Assembly (NCBI GenBank): GCA_963707985.1 | Contig: CAVPRW010000011.1 | Location: forward strand, 97,632-161,631 | Reading direction: 5' to 3' | Length of the DNA: 64,000 bases | Origin: an uncultured Nitrospinota bacterium | GTDB taxonomy: Bacteria > Tectomicrobia > Entotheonellia > J063 > CAVPRW01 | Part shown: piece after piece, positions 53,603-63,605 of the stretch | How positions within the stretch are numbered: the first letter of the stretch is position 1 | How the letters are laid out: each line of letters starts with the position of its first letter | Program-made: the position numbers and the translations under genes | The notes under the pieces: model-generated | Told to the model about the DNA's origin: nothing | The model's input: only the letters and a program-made list of their open reading frames with translations | Databases searched by the model: none

Positions 53603-54438
53603 GACCCACGACTCGGATGCAGGGACTGGCATGGTTTGCGCTCTTCATGATGTTGGTGTTCACGGTGACGGACATCGAGGCGCGGGGTGGCGGTGGCGGA
53701 GGTGGGGGGCGAGGGGGTGGCGGTGGCGGGGCGGGGGAGCAGGCGGCGGTGGCGGAGGCGGGGGGAGAGCGGGCGGCGGTGGCGGAGGCGGGGCGAGGGG
53801 GCGGCGGTGGCGAAATCTCACGGAGCGGGGTGGCGAGCAGTGGAACGTTCGGCTCGACGCGTTCCGGCGCTGGCGGTTTGTCCTCAAGTGGTGTCGCTAG
53901 CGGCGGCAACATGCAAGCCGATCGCCAGAGCATGCAGGCGAACCGTCAAGCCAGTGCGAGCCAGCTCCAGTCGTCCCGCCAGGCCGGTGCCTCAGAGCGG
54001 CAGGGTAGTCGGCAGGCGCAGCAGGAGCAACTGCAATCGACGCGATCGAGCACCGCTAAAGATCTGCAAAGCAGTCGCCAACAAGACAGGACGGCAACGC
54101 GCGAGGACTGGCAAAGCCAGGGGACGCAGCGACAGGAAGACCGGCAGAATTATGCCGAGGACGCCCGGCACCAGCGACAGGACTATGCCGATGATTATTT
54201 AGACGACTACCACGGCCGCTACTATCGCGGCGGTTATCCGGTCGGGGCCGGCCTCGCGGTCGCCGGAGCGGTTGCAGTCGGTACCGCCATCACTGCCTCG
54301 GCTTTTCAGGCGTTGTCCTGCCCGATGACTCCCGTGGCCGTCGGCGGGTTAACCTATTATCAATGTGGCTCGACCTGGTATCAGCCCGCCTATCAGGGGA
54401 GTCAAGTGAACTACGTAGTGGTGAATCCGCCACAATAA
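53599..54438 (+). CDS. Secreted Gly/Gln/Arg-rich protein with conserved C-terminal domain
   Basis: Signal peptide, RGGGG repeats, RQ-rich helix, C-terminal CPMTPVAVGGLTYYQCGSTWYQPAY...YVVVNPP. Confidence 0.7.
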   Translation: MRPTTRMQGLAWFALFMMLVFTVTDIEARGGGGGGGGRGGGGGGAGEQAAVAEAGGERAAVAEAGRGGGGGEISRSGVASSGTFGSTRSGAGGLSSSGVASGGNMQADRQSMQANRQASASQLQSSRQAGASERQGSRQAQQEQLQSTRSSTAKDLQSSRQQDRTATREDWQSQGTQRQEDRQNYAEDARHQRQDYADDYLDDYHGRYYRGGYPVGAGLAVAGAVAVGTAITASAFQALSCPMTPVAVGGLTYYQCGSTWYQPAYQGSQVNYVVVNPPQ

Positions 54439-54470
54439 CTACTTCCGACCTCAGAAAGGAGAGACGCATC

Positions 54471-54851
54471 ATGCGACGTTTTGTGTGGGTCATCGGTCTC
54501 GCGGTATGCCTGTGGCCACTACTCTCGGGAGGGGCGACGCGCGATGAATTCCTCGTACGAACCACCCAAGATTACGTGGCGATCTGTTCGACGAGCCCAC
54601 ATGATCCGTTATATGCAGCGGCCATAGGGTTTTGCCATGGCTTTGCCGTCGGCGCCTATCATTATTACTTGGCCGAAGCCGCCGGCCCAAAGGGTACGCC
54701 CTTAGTCTGCCCGCCCGAGCCGCCCCCGTCCCGGACGGAAATCTTGTCGATGTTCATCACTTGGGCTCGGGCAAACCCGCAAACCATGGGCGAGCGACCT
54801 GTGGATAGCTTCTTCAGGTTCCTGGCTGAGAAATGGCCGTGCGGGCGATAA
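54471..54851 (+). CDS. Rap1a/Tai-like secreted cysteine protein
   Basis: Signal peptide; IC...GFCHGF...VCPP...FITWARANP...FLAEKWPC. Confidence 0.7.
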   Translation: MRRFVWVIGLAVCLWPLLSGGATRDEFLVRTTQDYVAICSTSPHDPLYAAAIGFCHGFAVGAYHYYLAEAAGPKGTPLVCPPEPPPSRTEILSMFITWARANPQTMGERPVDSFFRFLAEKWPCGR

Positions 54852-54925
54852 AGCGAGCGCGGGGTAGAGATCGTGAACGGCGAAACAGACTGACTCGGAA
54901 GGGTCCAGTCAAGGGGGATGATACC

Positions 54926-55219
54926 ATGAGACAACTGCTAGTCCTGTTGATTGTGGTGGCCATCGGAGTTGTGGGGGGCTGTGCCGGCATGAGCGATACG
55001 CAGCAACGGACGCTGACCGGTGGGGCGGCGGGGGCAGCCGGCGGGGCAGTCATCGGGGCCATCGCCGGCAATGCCGGACTGGGGGCGGCGATCGGCGCCG
55101 GGGCCGGCCTCGCGGGAGGCTACCTCTACGGGAGGCACGAAGAGTCGAAGCAAGCCGCCTACCAGCAGGGTGTCGCTGATGGGAGCCGTCAAAGCCAGCC
55201 ATCTAGCGGCAGCAGGTGA
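54926..55219 (+). CDS. Glycine-zipper lipoprotein
   Basis: Lipobox VGGC; GGAAGAAGGAVIGAIAGNAGLGAAIGAGAG. Confidence 0.8.
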   Translation: MRQLLVLLIVVAIGVVGGCAGMSDTQQRTLTGGAAGAAGGAVIGAIAGNAGLGAAIGAGAGLAGGYLYGRHEESKQAAYQQGVADGSRQSQPSSGSR

Positions 55220-55367
55220 CGCGGCCAGTGAGGGCGGAGCCGAGCTTACCTGCATTGTGCCGCATACATGAGCTAGCAGGTCGGCGACAATGCAAGGGCA
55301 GAGGGTGTCCGACGGTCCCGTCCGCGGCCACCGCCGAGTGCTGGCAACGCCGGTAGGAAGGAGCGGG

Positions 55368-55850
55368 ATGCATATCGGGTCGGTGATACGAAGGCTACTG
55401 ATATACGTACTGGTGGGTCCGTTGTTAACGGGGGGATGGCTCCAGGCGGGAGAAATGCGCAGGCCCGCCGGCCGGCTGGTGCTCACGCTCAGGGTAACGG
55501 TCGCGCCGGGGGGCGGTATGGGGCCGACCATTGGCGAAGGGAGGCTGACCTTACTGGACGGCACCGCCCATGCGTTTAGCGTGAGCGGCCTGAACTTGCA
55601 AGGGCACGTGGGGAGCTCGGTCGACTTGGAGGCCAAGGGGGAAGTTTACAACCTGCAGCGACTGGGGGACTTTAGCGGAACCTACCGGCGGTCCATCGGT
55701 ATGGTTGATCCCGAGCGTCCTACTAACACACTCATCCTCGAGAATGACCAGGGAGTGCACATCGTCGTGACCGTTACCGTGGCGATAGAGCAAACTGATG
55801 TTCGCATACTGCCATCAGAGTCAGGCGTCATCGTGAAACTGCAGGACTAA
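55368..55850 (+). CDS. Hypothetical secreted beta-rich protein
   Basis: GEGRLTL...FSVSGL...GEVYNLQRLGDFSGTY...LENDQGV. Confidence 0.6.
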   Translation: MHIGSVIRRLLIYVLVGPLLTGGWLQAGEMRRPAGRLVLTLRVTVAPGGGMGPTIGEGRLTLLDGTAHAFSVSGLNLQGHVGSSVDLEAKGEVYNLQRLGDFSGTYRRSIGMVDPERPTNTLILENDQGVHIVVTVTVAIEQTDVRILPSESGVIVKLQD

Positions 55851-55949
55851 TTCCATGGGAGGTGCTACTTGGAGGCCGGACGATCCTCGTCCTGGTGGCA
55901 CGATGAGCCGTTGAATGGCCCATCCCTCCATCAACCAGCAGCGGGTAAG

Positions 55950-58853
55950 TCAATGTGACGAGAGCTCCTGCAGCAGGGCTTTGGCCTCCTGCAAGTCGGA
56001 AGTGTCGAAGCCCTCGGTGAACCAGCCATAAACCTCTGCGAGCACCTGTCGGGCAGCCTCGTGCTTGCCCTGGCGCTGCCAGAGCCGACTCAGGCTCATG
56101 GCCGCGCGCAGCTCCAACGCCTTCGCCTGCTGACGGCGGGCCACGTCCAGGGCCTTCTGGAAACAAGCTTCCGCCTGGGGAACATCCGGGATCGGGAGCT
56201 GAAGCTGCAAGGCTCCCATGAGACGCGACAACTCGGCCTCCCACCACCGTTCCTCGGTCGTGGCCAGTAGCGTCAGGGCCTCCGCTAGGACGGTCAGCCC
56301 AACCTCCGGCCGCGCTGCCTGGCCGAAGGCCTCCGCCAACAGGCTGAGAAAATACGGTTGTCCCATCTTGATTCCCATGTCTTGATGCACTGCCAGGCCC
56401 TGTTGGATGTGGTGCACGCCGGCGGCCGTATCTCCCTCCATCGCCACCGCCCACCCCAGGAGGATGCGCCCCTGTCCAGCGCGGTGTATCAGTCCTTGCG
56501 CGGCGGCGAAGGTCATCAATGCGTCGGCACGGGCATGAGTGGCTGCGGTCTCCCGGCGGCACTGGGACAGCATCGCGAGCATATATTCCGCATACGCGAG
56601 ACTCGGGGCATGCTCGGTTTGCCGGGCCATGGCCAGGGCGTCCTGGCTGCATTGCTGGGCCTGGTCCGCATAGCCCAGGACCCACAGGGCTCGCACCAGC
56701 CAGACGAGGCTGGCCATCCCGGGATAGAGCCCACCGGCAAAAATGGCGGTGGAGGGCGGCTGGGCAGCGGAGAGCTCGAAGCTCTGCTCGAAGTGAGTCC
56801 TGGCAGCGATGAGGTCGCCACGATACAGGGCGACAACCCCCACCGCCGTGTGCCCCTCGCACACCAGGACTGGATCGGGCTGGCAGGGCGCCAGATCCAA
56901 GAGCTGCTGGCCGAATGTATGAGCCAGGCCTAACCGTCCTTGGGTGGCATGAAACATCGTCAAGCCTGAGAGCACCCCGAAGTGGTGGGGCGTCTCTCTG
57001 AGCTGTTGGCAGAGCACATGGGCCCGGCGGTACGCCTGTCCTGCCTCTGGAGCCCCCATGCCCTTCGTTGCCATCAACAGCTCCCCCAGGGTGAGCTGCA
57101 GAGTTAGCTCTTGCTGGATGCGCTCTGGATTGTCTGGTAGCGTCGCCAGGAGTGCCAACCCTGTGTGGAGGGCTGCAATCGCTTCATGATGCGCATTGCG
57201 CCGCGCCGCCCTGTCCGCCACTTGCTGCCAAGCGTGCACGGCGGGTTGGATTTCCCCACAACGTTCGAAGTGGACGGCCAGCTGGGCTGCGATCTCTGCG
57301 GCTTGTGCACCATAGCCTGCCTGCAGCCGGGTGCCGATGCGCCGGTGGAGCTCCTCCCGCCGAGTGCTCCCTAACGCGTCGTACAACACCTGTTGGTAGA
57401 GCGTGTGCTGAAACCGGTAGCTTCCCCCGCGCGTCCCATCGGGCCAGGCCGTCACCCCGGTGTCTTCGATGAAGTGGTGTTGTGCGGCCAACGTGTCACA
57501 GACCGTCTGCACGTCCTTGATAGTATCCTCGACTCCTGCGGTCACTGCCCTCGCGGCAAACGCCTCGCCCACCACGCTGGCGGCTTCCAAAACCTGCCGG
57601 GCTTCGGGTGTGAGCTCCTCGATTCGCCGCAGCAGTAATTGCCGAACCGCCTCTGGTACCCTCGCTACCTCGGACGCCGTGCCCTCGCGCAGCGTCCACA
57701 AGCCCTCGCGCTGGACGATCAGGCCCTGTTCCACCAGATGCTCGACCACGTTCACCATGAACAGCGCATTGCCATCCGTACGCCGATGGACGAACGCCGC
57801 CAGGGCAGGCGCGGCCGGCCCTCCACAGCGCCCAGCTACATAGGCCGCGACATCCGCGGCGGGTAGGAACTCGAGGGGCAGCTCCGAGGCTTGCCCCCGC
57901 CCACACAGCTCTTGCACCGTGCGCCGCAGGGGATGCGCCTGCAGCATCGCGTCCACCGGGCGATACGTCCCCAGCACCAGCAGCTGCCCGGGCTCCAGGT
58001 GCTGTCCCAAGTAGGCTAGCACGTCCACAGTAGAGCTGTCGCTCCAGTGCAAGTCTTCAAGCACTAGCACCAGTGGCCGCTCGGCGGCCAGCACGTCGAG
58101 CGCCTCAGCCAGTTCGCGCAGCATGCGTGTCGGCGTCGCCCCGCGTACCTGGCGTTGCAACCGCTCCAGCTCGGTCTCGCCTACCAGCCCGGGCAATTGC
58201 ACCAGCCACATCGGCGCATAGCGCCGCAGCGCGGCGATCAGCGGCGCCCCGTCGGGCCCGCGGCCGAACCGCCCCAACGCCCCTAGCAGTGGCAGGTACG
58301 GCTCTCCTATGCCATAGTGCTCGACGCACTGACCCCGCGCGACCCACGCGTCGCCCCTAGCCGTGAGACGGGCGAGAAAGAGGTTGACCATCGTCGTCTT
58401 CCCGATCCCCACCTCCCCACTCACGAAGCCGAGCTGGGGATGACCGCTGGCAGCATGCTGGAACCACTGCTCCAGGATCGCGACTTCACCCTGGCGTCCC
58501 ACCAGTGGCCCGATCATCAGGAACGGGGGCAGCGCTGGCTCGCCTCCCACGAGAAAGCGATACCCCTCTTGTCCGACCGTCTCCACATAGTGCGGTGTGG
58601 TCGCCGAATCACCCAGGGCCGCCCGAATCTCCCGGATACTCACACGTAGCACGATGTCGGTGACGTGCGTCCCGGCCCACACCTGTTGACGCAGCTCAGC
58701 CTTCGTCACCAGACAGCCGGGATGCTCGACCAGATATTGCAGCACGGCCAACGAGCGGGGACGCAGGGCCATGGGCTGCTCCCCTCGGTACAAACGGCCG
58801 TGCGTCACATCGAGACAGAACGGTCCAAAGGTGAGGTGATGCGAGGGCTTCAT
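55950..58853 (-). CDS. Winged-helix (OmpR/CadC-type) + AAA ATPase + TPR transcriptional regulator
   Basis: TFGPFCLD...LQYLVEHPGCLVTKAEL...YVETVGQEGYRF; GEVGIGKT; LEDLHWSD; TDGNALF; C-terminal ELRAAMSLSRLW...YGWFTEGFDTSDL. Confidence 0.92.
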   Translation of the reverse strand: MKPSHHLTFGPFCLDVTHGRLYRGEQPMALRPRSLAVLQYLVEHPGCLVTKAELRQQVWAGTHVTDIVLRVSIREIRAALGDSATTPHYVETVGQEGYRFLVGGEPALPPFLMIGPLVGRQGEVAILEQWFQHAASGHPQLGFVSGEVGIGKTTMVNLFLARLTARGDAWVARGQCVEHYGIGEPYLPLLGALGRFGRGPDGAPLIAALRRYAPMWLVQLPGLVGETELERLQRQVRGATPTRMLRELAEALDVLAAERPLVLVLEDLHWSDSSTVDVLAYLGQHLEPGQLLVLGTYRPVDAMLQAHPLRRTVQELCGRGQASELPLEFLPAADVAAYVAGRCGGPAAPALAAFVHRRTDGNALFMVNVVEHLVEQGLIVQREGLWTLREGTASEVARVPEAVRQLLLRRIEELTPEARQVLEAASVVGEAFAARAVTAGVEDTIKDVQTVCDTLAAQHHFIEDTGVTAWPDGTRGGSYRFQHTLYQQVLYDALGSTRREELHRRIGTRLQAGYGAQAAEIAAQLAVHFERCGEIQPAVHAWQQVADRAARRNAHHEAIAALHTGLALLATLPDNPERIQQELTLQLTLGELLMATKGMGAPEAGQAYRRAHVLCQQLRETPHHFGVLSGLTMFHATQGRLGLAHTFGQQLLDLAPCQPDPVLVCEGHTAVGVVALYRGDLIAARTHFEQSFELSAAQPPSTAIFAGGLYPGMASLVWLVRALWVLGYADQAQQCSQDALAMARQTEHAPSLAYAEYMLAMLSQCRRETAATHARADALMTFAAAQGLIHRAGQGRILLGWAVAMEGDTAAGVHHIQQGLAVHQDMGIKMGQPYFLSLLAEAFGQAARPEVGLTVLAEALTLLATTEERWWEAELSRLMGALQLQLPIPDVPQAEACFQKALDVARRQQAKALELRAAMSLSRLWQRQGKHEAARQVLAEVYGWFTEGFDTSDLQEAKALLQELSSH

Positions 58854-58875
58854 CGGGGTCTCCTCGACTTCAGCT

Positions 58876-58971
58876 TGAACAGCATTTGAACAGCTGGATG
58901 CCAGAGATCTGCCAAATTTAAACGCGCGGGCCATGTTCCTGAACAGGTCGCTGATTGTACATTATTGTATC
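58876..58971 (+). promoter_or_regulatory. Phased T(G/A)AACAG repeat promoter, copy 2
   Basis: Heptamers at 58876, 58887, 58919, 58940, then TACATT at 58958. Confidence 0.7.
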
Positions 58972-59035
58972 ATCAAGCACCACAAGCACCACGGGAAACG
59001 ATCGCACAGGGAGATAGCCTCGCGAGGACTGGCCC

Positions 59036-59224
59036 ATGGACCCATTCCAGCCAACGTTGCCGACCAATCATGCTTTTCTGGTCCAGTTTCGCGCCCAGTC
59101 CCTAGAGACCCCCATGGCCTGGGAGGGCCGCGTCGAACATGTGGTCTCGGGACAGGTCACACACTTCCACGCCTTGGAGGAGTTGCTGACCTTTATGCAG
59201 TGTGTGCTCGCTAGCGTGCAGTGA
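59036..59224 (+). CDS. Small hypothetical protein
   Basis: GAGGA RBS; AFLVQFR...WEGRVEHVVSGQVTHFHALEELLTFM. Confidence 0.7.
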   Translation: MDPFQPTLPTNHAFLVQFRAQSLETPMAWEGRVEHVVSGQVTHFHALEELLTFMQCVLASVQ

Positions 59225-59550
59225 CAAGCGGTGTAATTGAAAAGCCGCCACAGTCGCTGCGGGAGAAGACACTGAAAGCCGTCCTCAACCAGCGGAAAGG
59301 AGGCCTTATAGGGCACACTCGTCCAATGTCCGCGCGTGTTCGCCACCAGCCTTACCGGCCTGCTCGGCTACTGCTGGAGTCGCTGGCAGCACACCGCAGA
59401 ATACCTGCGAGCGTCGTGCGCTGGCGCCGTTCTGTACACTGTCGCGAAACCGATACGTGATCAATCCTCTCGCCTCACCGCGGCCTGCATCGGCGCGGGA
59501 GGGAGGCGGCAACGGATCCTTGACCAATAAGGATCAGAAAGGGCACGAGC

Positions 59551-59964
59551 ATGAAGATCAAGAACCGGACGTTTGTGGCGTCTGTCGTGGTCGCGGCCGT
59601 CGTCCTCATCGGCGCTGTGGGCAGCGCCAGAGCTGCTGATGAGTGGTTCGTCCTCGGCGAGCAGACGCTCAAAGCGGCCGATCGAGGCGTGGAGATCAAG
59701 AGCGCAGGGGGTCGGTGGACGAAGGACGTCAAGCAGGTGAAGATGAGCGTCGAAGGCGCGGACCTGGAGCTCACGAAGGTCGTCCTGCAATGGGACAATC
59801 GCCGCGATGACACGATCACGGATATCGGCGTCCTGAAAGCCGGCGGATCGACGGCGCCGAAGGATGCGCCGGGACGCAAGGGCCGGCTCACAGCGGTGAC
59901 GGTCCAGTATAAGATCGTTGGTGATGCCCCCACGGCCGTGCTCAAGATCTGGGGATACGACTGA
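59551..59964 (+). CDS. Secreted beta-rich protein (DUF2541-like)
   Basis: Signal peptide; WFVLGEQT...VKMSVEGADLELTKVVLQW...VLKIWG. Confidence 0.6.
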   Translation: MKIKNRTFVASVVVAAVVLIGAVGSARAADEWFVLGEQTLKAADRGVEIKSAGGRWTKDVKQVKMSVEGADLELTKVVLQWDNRRDDTITDIGVLKAGGSTAPKDAPGRKGRLTAVTVQYKIVGDAPTAVLKIWGYD

Positions 59965-60436
59965 GCGGGGCGTGAACGCGGACCGGAGCATGTGCGCGAG
60001 CTCCAACCGGCCGCATGCTCCGGAGGCGTCTTGCGATGCCGAGTCCCCCGCCTGCGCGTCGAGTGTCGTGCCGTGTGAGACGGCGTAGGAGCCGCCGCCA
60101 TCTGCCTGTGGTGGTGTGTGCACGCGTGACGCCACGTGCGGTGGAGGGAGCCGGCTGGGAACCGCCGCACAGACGTGCGGCGAGGAGCGCTGGTGTGGGC
60201 CCTGCGGCGCGGGGGAGCGGCGGTGGCGAGGCGGGGTGTGAGAGAAGGGCGTAGCGGTCACATGCGGACGGTTGCGGCACCAGGGTATGGCCCGCGGCGG
60301 AAGCTGAGTCCCACCGCGGGGGAATCGCGTCGGCGCTGGTAAGGCGAAGGCCATGTGGAGCGCGACGGTGTGCGGGCTGAGCCGTGGACGATGGAGAGGC
60401 GGGCAACTCATGACTACGAAGAAAGGGAGGAAGACC

Positions 60437-60967
60437 ATGGTGAGAAGCAAGCTGAGCTGGCTGATGATCGGGGCGCTGGTCCTCGTGGCCGTCGGTACTC
60501 GCGGGTATGCCGCGGAGACGATCGTCAAAGCCACGTCAGCGATTAAGGGCGAGGGACGATTCTACAGAGCCACCGACCAATTGCTGCTGTTCGCGGGCTA
60601 TTTTCAGGGCAACGTCGAAGTGGAGCAGGGCGGCGACCTCCAGGGGGCCGGGCTGGTGTGTCCGGGCTTGATGGAAATCAACCACACCGCCGGCACGCAA
60701 CAGGGCCAAGGCCGGTGTATCATCCTGACGAAGGGGGGCGAGTTCCTCTATGCCAGCTGGACCTGTACGGGCAAACCGAAGGAGGGGTGTGCGGGGCCCT
60801 TCACCGTCACCGGGGGCACCGGGAAGTTCAGCAAGGCGATGGGTGAGAGCCGGTTCGCGGTCATCAGCGATGTCATGGATGTCGTCACGACGGTGCCGGA
60901 ACGCGACGTGACGGGGAGCTTCACCGGCCAGGCCGCGTGGGCCACGCTGAAGTACACCACGCCCTAA
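60437..60967 (+). CDS. Secreted hypothetical protein
   Basis: GGAGG RBS, signal peptide; GQGRCI...WTCTG...CAGPFTVTGGTGKF. Confidence 0.7.
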   Translation: MVRSKLSWLMIGALVLVAVGTRGYAAETIVKATSAIKGEGRFYRATDQLLLFAGYFQGNVEVEQGGDLQGAGLVCPGLMEINHTAGTQQGQGRCIILTKGGEFLYASWTCTGKPKEGCAGPFTVTGGTGKFSKAMGESRFAVISDVMDVVTTVPERDVTGSFTGQAAWATLKYTTP

Positions 60968-61329
60968 GGCGTGCCGACCAGACCTGGCCGATCGCGCCGG
61001 TCGTCACGCCCTTGCAGTGGTGGTGACCAGTGCGGTCGGCGTGTCGAGGAGACGGAGGGAGGTCGTCTTGATCCGTGTGCGGGCTTGGTGAGCCGAACCG
61101 CACGTGGAAGTGCTCGAGCGCACCAGGCATCATGCCGTCGCCGTGCGGAGCGGGGCTCCGCTCGCCTGTCCCTTCGGCAACGCCAGGTGTTGCAATTGCT
61201 GGTCGACGGCTGCTTGGCCACGTAGGCCGTCGAGCGCATCATGGTCACGTCGTCGGTCGTTCGGCTTGTCAGCGGGGTGCTTCGCAAGAGGCGCCCTCCT
61301 AGCACCTGACCACATCTCTCATACGTGGG

Positions 61330-61620
61330 TCGACCGCACCGACCGCACGCAACAGGGGGAGGGCCGCTGTATCCTCGCGACCAAGGGCGGCGAGTTCCTC
61401 TATGCCCGCTGGGCCTGCACCGGGAAACCGGGGGAGGGGTGTGGAGCGGCTCTTCACCATCACCGGCGGCACCGGGAAATTCGGCAAGGCCTCGGGCCAG
61501 AGCCTGTTCGCGATGCGCAGTACGGTGGGAGAGGTGGTGACCACGGTCCCGGAAAAAGACGTGACTGCGACCTTCACCGGGCAAGTCCTGTGGGAGGCGA
61601 TGAAGTACACGGCACCGTAA
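61330..61620 (+). pseudogene. 5'-truncated paralog of 60437-60967 gene
   Basis: TQQGEGRCILATKGGEFLYARWACTGKPGEGC / FTITGGTGKF...VVTTVPEKDVTATFTGQ..W...KYTAP aligns with the upstream gene. Confidence 0.75.
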
Positions 61621-61832
61621 CGCCTGCCGACGAGGTCCCACCCGTCGAGCGGGCGGGGCCTTGCACGGGCGGTCTCGTGATGGCCACACCGGGCACGGAT
61701 GCTCGCGTGTGGGAGGCTTCTCGGGGCTGGGGGTGGTGGATGACACCTGGGGTGGGCCATCAAGACGTGGCACCAGGATGACCGCTTCGCTAGACGAAGG
61801 TCCCTGCTCTCCCTCGCCAGAAAGGGCCGCGT

Positions 61833-62440
61833 ATGAAACACTGCCGCGAATTCGTGGTGAATGTGCTCGTGGGTGGCGTGCTGATCGTCGTGCCGGTCTA
61901 CCTCGCCGTGGTCCTGCTGCTCAAGGCCATGCAATCGCTCGCGAAGCTGGTGCGGCCGTTGGCCATGTTGCTCCCCGACTGGTTCCCCGCGGAAAATGTC
62001 CTCTCGCTGCTCCTCGTGTTGCTGCTCTGCGGCCTCATCGGGTGGCCGTCCGCACCCGGACCGGGCGCGTGATTCGAGAACGCCTCGAGAAGGCCCTCTT
62101 CGAGCGCCTCCCCGGCTACGCCCTGCTGAGAAGTCTGACCCAACGTCTGGCGGGGGAAAGTCAAGAGAACGTGTGGCAGCCGGCGCTAGTCGAGATTGAG
62201 GAAGCCCTGGTCCCCGCCTTCATCATTGAAGAGCTGGAGGATGGGCGTTTCACGGTCTTCGTTCCGTCGGTGCCCACGCCGTTCGCGGGGGCCGTCTATG
62301 TGCTCAGCCGGGACCGGGTGCATCCCCTGGACGTCGCGTTCACGCAGGCGGTCCAGGCGGTCTCGCGGTGGGGCGCAGGGACCAAAGACCTGGTCGCCGC
62401 CATGCACCCCGCGCACACCCTGCCAAAGGCACAGGGGTAA
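61833..62440 (+). CDS. DUF502-like membrane protein (frameshift ~62045)
   Basis: GGVLIVVPVYLAVVLLLK; LFERLPGYALLRS; TVFVPSVPTPFAG. Confidence 0.7.
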
Positions 62441-62593
62441 CTGGTTGGGTAAGGAGATGATATCGCTATCATCCGCTGGGTAGCCGGGCAGGATTGCTCC
62501 GGCCAAGCCCCCTAAGTACGCTTGCGTACGTTTTCCGACATCAGCCCGTGTGGTACCCTACTCTTCCATACAGGGAGGGAGACCACTATCTCG

Positions 62594-63605
62594 ATGGAGT
62601 TTCTCATCGGCCGCTCGCTAGCTAACAATGTCATGAATCTCTGGCTCGATCCCTTGGTGCAGCATGCCGTCACCCAGAAGCACCTTGATTGGCTGAGCCT
62701 CATGGAAGAGGAACCCGACGCCGGCCTGGGGAATGGCGGGCTCGGGCGCCTGGCGGCTTGTTTTCTCGACTCGATGGCGACTCTGCAGTTCCCGGCGATG
62801 GGCTATGGTCTGCGGTACGAATACGGCATCTTCAAGCAATCAATCCAGGACGGCTGGCAACAGGAACAGCCGGATAATTGGCTGCGTCACCCAGACCCCT
62901 GGGAGGTCCCGCGGCCACATGAGCGAGTCGAGGTCAAGCTCAACTGTTCGTTCGAGGTACGTGGCGGGACCTTACGCGCCATCCCCGGCCGGCCGTCGAG
63001 CCTGATCGGCTTCCCGTTCGATCGCCCCGTGGTCGGGTACGGCGGCAAGACCATCAACACACTCCGACTCTGGGCCGCCGCGGCACCTGACTACTTTGAC
63101 TTTCAGGTCTTCAGCCATGGCGAGTTCGTCGGGGCGGTGGCCGAAACGCTCACGGCCGAATCCCTGACACGGGTGCTGTACCCCGACGACACCACAAGTC
63201 AGGGCCAGGGATTACGCTTCGTGCAAGAGTATTTTCTCGTCGCCTGCGCGCTGGCCGATCTGGTGCGCCGCTTCCAGCAGAGCCATGCCGAGTGGCGCAC
63301 ACTTCCGGAAAAAGTGGCTATTCAGCTCAACGATACGCATCCGACGCTGGCGGTCCCCGAGTTGATGCGCATTCTGCTGGATGACGTGCATCTCGGATGG
63401 GATGAGGCCTGGGACCTCACGCACCGAACGCTGGCATACACGAATCACACGCTGCTGCCCGAAGCGCTGGAGAAATGGCCGCTGGTGTGGTTCGAATTGA
63501 TGCTGCCGCGCCACCTGGAGATCATTTTCGAGATCAACCGCCGTCTCCTCGATGACGTGCGGACCCGCTTTCCCGGCAACGCGGGCCGTGTCGCACGGGT
63601 GAGCC
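62594..63605 (+). pseudogene. glgP: Glycogen/maltodextrin phosphorylase internal fragment
   Basis: Manual translation MEFLIGRSL, DAGLGNGGLGRLAACFLDS, GLRYEYGIFKQ, VLYPDD, IQLNDTHP, YTNHTLLPEALEKW; lacks N-terminus and C-terminal PLP half. Confidence 0.9.

Noticed and set aside
53686..53812. GGCGGTGGCGGAGGCGGGG tandem units as a CRISPR or novel repeat
   Set aside because: Poly-Gly coding repeat. The AAVAEAG translation is probably a shifted frame from compensating indels.
54471..54851. Type VI secretion effector-immunity locus
   Set aside because: No effector, vgrG, hcp or PAAR gene nearby.
1588..62440. Numerous frameshifts as programmed frameshifting or real pseudogenisation
   Set aside because: They are scattered single-base indels in otherwise intact genes (cobK, cobM, cobT, phnE, sirC) with no shared slippery motif. 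Sequencing error is most parsimonious; this needs a read check.
62510..62586. IS left-end remnant truncating glgP
   Set aside because: Only a vague resemblance; no transposase or matching second end.
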